From assembly GCA_964106645.2 (NCBI GenBank), contig OZ067039.1: a DNA stretch of 64,000 bases. The stretch is one strand, 5' to 3'. Within the stretch, counting starts at the first letter, position 1. Every line of letters begins with the position of its first letter. Below are positions 59,101 to 64,000 of this stretch, one piece after another. Below the pieces are notes generated by a model, which did not search any database, was not told the origin of the DNA, and saw nothing but the letters and a program-made list of their open reading frames with translations. The translations under genes were made by a program, and so were the position numbers. The DNA comes from Podarcis pityusensis. Its lineage: Eukaryota.

Positions 59101-61061
59101 TCGCTCTGTGAAGTGTCTGGGCTTTTTCAAAAGTTATTTTGTGGCCAGGTAAGTACTTATCCACCTACACTCTGACTGTTTTATCAGGGTTTCTGCAAGT
59201 CCCCTATAGATTTATTTAAGGAATTTATACCTCACAGTCAGACCTCACACAGCTGTTCATATAATGAACAATGAACATTAGGAAAAATGGAATGATCAAA
59301 TGGAAAAGACAACTGTTTCTTTATAAGAAGCTGGTTTTCCCTGCAGCAGCTCCCTGTCGCCCAAATTTATTGAATGCTCTCCCCAGGGGGACACACCAGG
59401 TACCAACCTTGTCCCTGGCACAGCAATAGACAAGGACGTTTTTGTTTTCCTGGCCATTTGGGCAGTAACTGTGATATGGTATTGCATTGTTAAATCTTTT
59501 TAAATTGGTTTATATGATCTTATCACTAATTTTGGTCCAGGCCTTTTAAAAAAATAAATCAGAGTGATATATAAATTTAATAAACCTAATCGTATCTGGA
59601 CACCATGCTAAGATCAAAGTGAAACTAATGTTTCTTCTTTTCACTCCAATATAACACCTTGCATAGTTCCCACCTATAGTGGCTGTGGAATTTGTACAGC
59701 TAACACAACAGCCGGTTCCTAGGGTAACAGGTAGGAACTAGAGAAAATGAGAGAAGAGGAGATGGCCAGGAATGAGAATATTTGTGAGTTCAATGAAAAA
59801 GAACTCTGACTATTTCTGACCTTGCATTTGAAGAGAACATAAATAAGATACAAATAAGAGAAATGGGATGAGGAACGGCAAAGACTGCACTCAGTAAATT
59901 AATGCCAACAAGACATGCTTTTCTTCTGTTGCCATTAATTTTCTCATATGGCTTTTTAAAACTAACAGTAATCTCTGTTTTTAGATATCCTATTCCGATT
60001 TCCACCTTTTTTGTTCACTTATACCAAGCATGAGCATGGATCGACACCCGTTTGTAACAATGGATTTTTGAGCAGTTGTTTGCAAACAGGAGCCCAAACC
60101 TGATGTGTAGGGAACTTCGCACCATGTTGTGATGAGATTGTACAGGACTGACTCAGCCTGTGCTAGCAAGGGTGGAAGTTATGAGTAAAATTCATGGTGG
60201 TCAAGGGTTCAATGGGCTCTGCACAGTACACCATACACATTTAAAGGAAATCCCTAGGGATAAAAATTTATAACTCATGTGGTGAAATAAATATAACTGG
60301 ATGCATGCTAAGAAATAAGTTTAGGAATCTAAGTACAAGGACGAGCATTCAGTGATATGGTATTTGAATTGTAACTTTGTGCAATTAAGAACACAAATCA
60401 GTGAAGCACCATTGCAAGTGGAACTATAGAGCCAAGGATGGTAGGGACCCACTTCGTCAAGTGCAAAACAGAGCATAGGAGAAATGTTACCAGAACAAAA
60501 GGTTGTGTTTCTTTCCTCCCACTAACCATGCCTAACTTCAAAGAGCATGCAAGGCCATTTGGCAGCAGGAGTTTTTCAAAAAGTGCCAACTCTCAGCAAC
60601 CTCACATTTGCTAGAAGTGTTCCAACACTAGGGAAACAGCATCCCACCAATAAAAACAACAACATCCCAATCATCTCTCCTTCAGGAACCAATCCAAAGC
60701 TCACTAAAGACATTGGGAACAAACAGGTTGACATCACTGTGAAATCATCTCTTCATTACTTTATTGCTTCAAGCACAGCACTACTCCATTGCAAAACCTC
60801 TCTGCAGAAAACAACAAGCAGCTTTTCATTACAAATGGAATGTATCTCAGTTCTTTTCTTAAATAGTGAACTCAAGTATCTGGCAATGAGAACCCAGAAG
60901 TGCTGGATCAAACTATTCAGTCTTAGTGGTTTTTATTTCTGTAAGTTTCAGGATGTGTGTGAAAATGCACCCCAGATATTGGATTAAACTTCTGGAGGAA
61001 AACCTGCAACAATCAAGAAGTGTCCTTACCTTTACAGATGACATGCCAAAGGTCGGTCTGT

Positions 61062-61148
61062 CTTTCTTTTCTTTTCTTTTCTTTTCTTTTCTTTTCTTTT
61101 CTTTTCTTTTCTTTTCTTTCCTTTCCTTTCCTTTTCTTTTCTTTTCTT
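61062..61148. repeat. (TTTTC)n microsatellite
   Basis: Pentanucleotide repeat read directly from the sequence. Confidence 0.97.
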
Positions 61149-61444
61149 TACAAACAAGCATAACCTTCCCACTGTTTCATGCAGTGGCTTGGCTGCTTTC
61201 TGCAACGCTCTTGAGGTGGAAGCTCCAATGAGAGCAACACTACATCAGGATGTGGCAAAATTCACAGAGGTATTCTTGAGAGAGAAGTATGGCCAATGGT
61301 GCATTCGCAGGTGCAATTCTGGAGAAAAGATGGCTGGTCCCATTGGCCAGTTTTTCATGAAGTGACCTCATTCCTGTGCATTCTGTCCCAGGAACCACTT
61401 TTTGGCTGTTGATCTGCTGCCCAAGGAATAGGTGTACAGGTGTA

Positions 61445-61790
61445 GCGCAGGTGACACTGTGGTCTAAACCACTGAGCCTCTTGGGCTTGCTGATCAGAAG
61501 GTCAGCGGTTTGAATCCCCACAATAGGGTGAGCTCCCATTGCTCTGTCCCAGCTCCTGCCAACCTAACAGTTTGAAAGAATACCAGTGCAAGTAGATAAA
61601 TAGATACCGCTGTGGGTGGAAGGTAAACAGCATTTCCATGTGCTCTGGTTTCCATCACAGTGTTCTGTTGCACTAGAAGTGGTTTAGTCGCGCCACATGA
61701 CCTGGAAAGTTGTCTGTGGACAAACGCCAGCTCCCTCGGCCTGAAAGCAGATGAGCGCTGCAACCCCATAGTCACCTTTGAATGGACTTC
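61445..61790 (+). mobile_element. Sauria SINE, older copy lacking its tail
   Basis: CTGTGGTCTAAACCACTGAGCC...GGTTTGAATCCCC...GTGCAAGTAGATAAATAG, homologous to the other Sauria SINEs here. Confidence 0.88.
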
Positions 61791-62022
61791 CAGAGATCTG
61801 TTGTTTTATTACTGACCTCTGCCTCACCTGAGCAGTGACACTGATTTGTAAAACATGAAAATATGTGTTTTCAAAATAGATAGCTAACATAAAACCTTTT
61901 CACCATTCATGGTCAAGAATTTTGTCCAGACATAAATGTTGTCTGCTTATTTTCATTTTAAAAATAATTCAGTGAAGATTTACCAACCCCCCCCCCCAAA
62001 CCCTGCATTTCTCTTTTCCCTA

Positions 62023-62308
62023 TGTTGTTGTAGTTTAGTCATTTAATCGTGTCTGACTCTTTGTGACCCCATGAACCAGAGCACGCCAGGCACTCCTGTC
62101 TTTCACTGCCTCCCGCAGTTTGGTCAAACTCATGTTGGTAGCTTCGAGAACACTGTCCAACCATCTCGTCCTCTGTCATCCCCTTCTCCTTGTGCCCTCA
62201 ATCTTTCCCAACATGAGGGTCTTTTCCAGGGAGTCTTCTCTTCTCATGAGGTGGCCAAAGTATTGGAGCCTCAGCTTCAGGATCTGTCCTTCCAGTGAGC
62301 ACTCAGGA
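62023..62308 (-). mobile_element. BovB 3' end fragment
   Basis: Reverse complement of about 6308-6590, including the (CAA)n tail. Confidence 0.93.
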
Positions 62309-62826
62309 TTCTATTGATATTTTTCACAAGTGTCTATATAATGTTCTTTTGGTAATTTCTGCGATCGTCTGGATTTGGGGTTGAGTCCCTTTGCTGCAGT
62401 TTGATCCTTGGAGGCTTCCATAAGTGGGACAGTGAGAAATACCCTGTTCGGTGAACAATAATCCAGGACTAGTATTATGGCTTATTTTGCTCAATGCTTA
62501 GGTCATATTATAGCTCATTCAGAGAAGCTTGCTGTAATGAAGGCAGGAAACATTCTTAGGGAAACATCTGAATGAGGAAAACATTAGTTTGATATAGCAG
62601 GAGCTGAGAAGTGCATGTATTTACAATAACAATATTTCACAAAACCACTGTGAGGCAATTTTCTAAGATAAATTATAGCTGCCTGAGACATCTTTCAGAT
62701 ATGACCTTTGTGTTATTAGAATATCTTGAGGGATATAACAGCAGGTGACTATTCTTGTTTCATAATACTGGCCACAAATACAGCACAATCTCTTTTCCTT
62801 ATTATATTACATCACTTTGAAACAAA

Positions 62827-63056
62827 ATCATAGAATAATAGAACTGTAGAGTTGGAAGGGATGCACAGGGCCATTCAGTCCAACTCCCTGCAATGCAGGA
62901 ATCGCAACTAAAGCATCCATCACTGGTGGCCATCCAACCTCTGCTTAAAAACCTCCAAGGAAGGAGAGTCCACAACCTCATGAGAGAGTTCATTCCACTG
63001 TCGAACAGCTCTTACCGTCAGAAACTTCTTCCTGATGTGTAGTCAGAATCTCATTT
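62827..63056 (-). mobile_element. CR1 LINE 3' end fragment
   Basis: ATCATAGAATAATAGAACTGTAGAGTTGGAAGGG...CCATCCAACCTCTGCTTAAAAACCTCCAAGG, the antisense of a CR1 terminus. Confidence 0.9.
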
Positions 63057-64000
63057 CTCCCACCTTAAGTTTAGTATGACACATTTTTACATCACTTTGT
63101 TACTTTTTTAAAAAAAATTAAAGGTCTTCATGAAAATCTACCAGCATGCACTATGCATTTGTCCTAATATAACCTTTCTGTATGCAATTTCCTCTAATAC
63201 AATGAATTTTCACAAATATATGTAATTTTCTACATATTCCCCCATATATGCATATTTTGGAAGAGTTGTGGGGGGAACAGCTAGGGGAAAACTCATCTCA
63301 CTCTCTCACTACTTATTTAGCTAAATTCTACTTTGTGTCTGGATGCAACCAGTGAGAAGAAGGAGTCACCTAAAGCAAAAAAAAGCTGGAAATAATTTAC
63401 CACAGATGACTAGAAAATATGGAGTGTCCCTGGTAAACAGCAACAGATGGAACACATATGCTTTAGTTAATGAAATCTACCAGCCAAAGAGCAAATAATG
63501 ATCTAATACTTCTGTGTTCCATGTTTAGGGGCAAACACATCCCTAAAACATCCATTTGAACTCTCCTGCACGCTTAAAGTTTCAAGCAAAATTGCCAAAA
63601 ACTTTCTCTAAAAGAGAGATTAAGCAAATTGTGCACCAAGAAAAGTATTTGTGCATTTTAAGATGTCACTTTAGATATCTTAAGGGTATGAGGACGAATA
63701 GAAGCCCCTGCCTCAACTAAAAAGGGCTAATGATTCTTTGAACACACATAATTCTTTCATGTAAATCGCCACTATTGTTAATTTGGATATGAAAAACTGA
63801 GAGCAGGCATTTTGAAACTTTAGCTGCTGTTGATGTGCAACTAGGCTGATTTCACTCCCATAATTCTTGCTGAAATGCTCCAAACAGTAAGAAATCTTCC
63901 ATATGAGCTGTTTATTGGCCATTTGTCCTGATTTCTTTTCACACAATATCTGCTGTTTATTGAACATTAATTTATATGTTTGTTTACATCAAGCGTTTTG

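Noticed and set aside
60913-61231. Lys/Arg-rich and Phe-rich ORFs
   Set aside because: Translations of the (TTTTC)n microsatellite.

Overview
This is vertebrate, not prokaryotic, DNA. The repeat content (Sauria/Squam SINEs, BovB, L2, CR1, Penelope termini, hAT and Tc1/mariner MITEs) points to a squamate reptile, probably a lizard. The window looks like AT-rich intronic or intergenic sequence, and I could not confidently identify a host protein-coding exon. Three large non-LTR retrotransposons dominate. (1) A 5'-truncated, disrupted BovB/RTE element (4055-6593, +). (2) An apparently full-length single-ORF L2 (37345-42185, -) whose 5' end is an array of about 10.7 x 131-bp monomers. Each monomer carries a GC box, a TATA box and a perfect 5' splice site, and the element ends exactly 30 nt downstream of the TATA position. 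(3) A full-length RTEX-like element (49529-56179, -) with an 8-bp TSD and a YY1-like motif at +14. Its ORF1 and ORF2 are in the same frame, separated by a single TGA-CAA, and ORF2 has no ATG before the endonuclease motif, which suggests stop-codon readthrough. Smaller items include decayed Penelope hammerhead termini, a bipartite RTE non-autonomous element, a nested foldback element, several TSD-defined MITEs and dispersed RFX X-box-like motifs. Family names come from my recognition of motifs, not from database searches.
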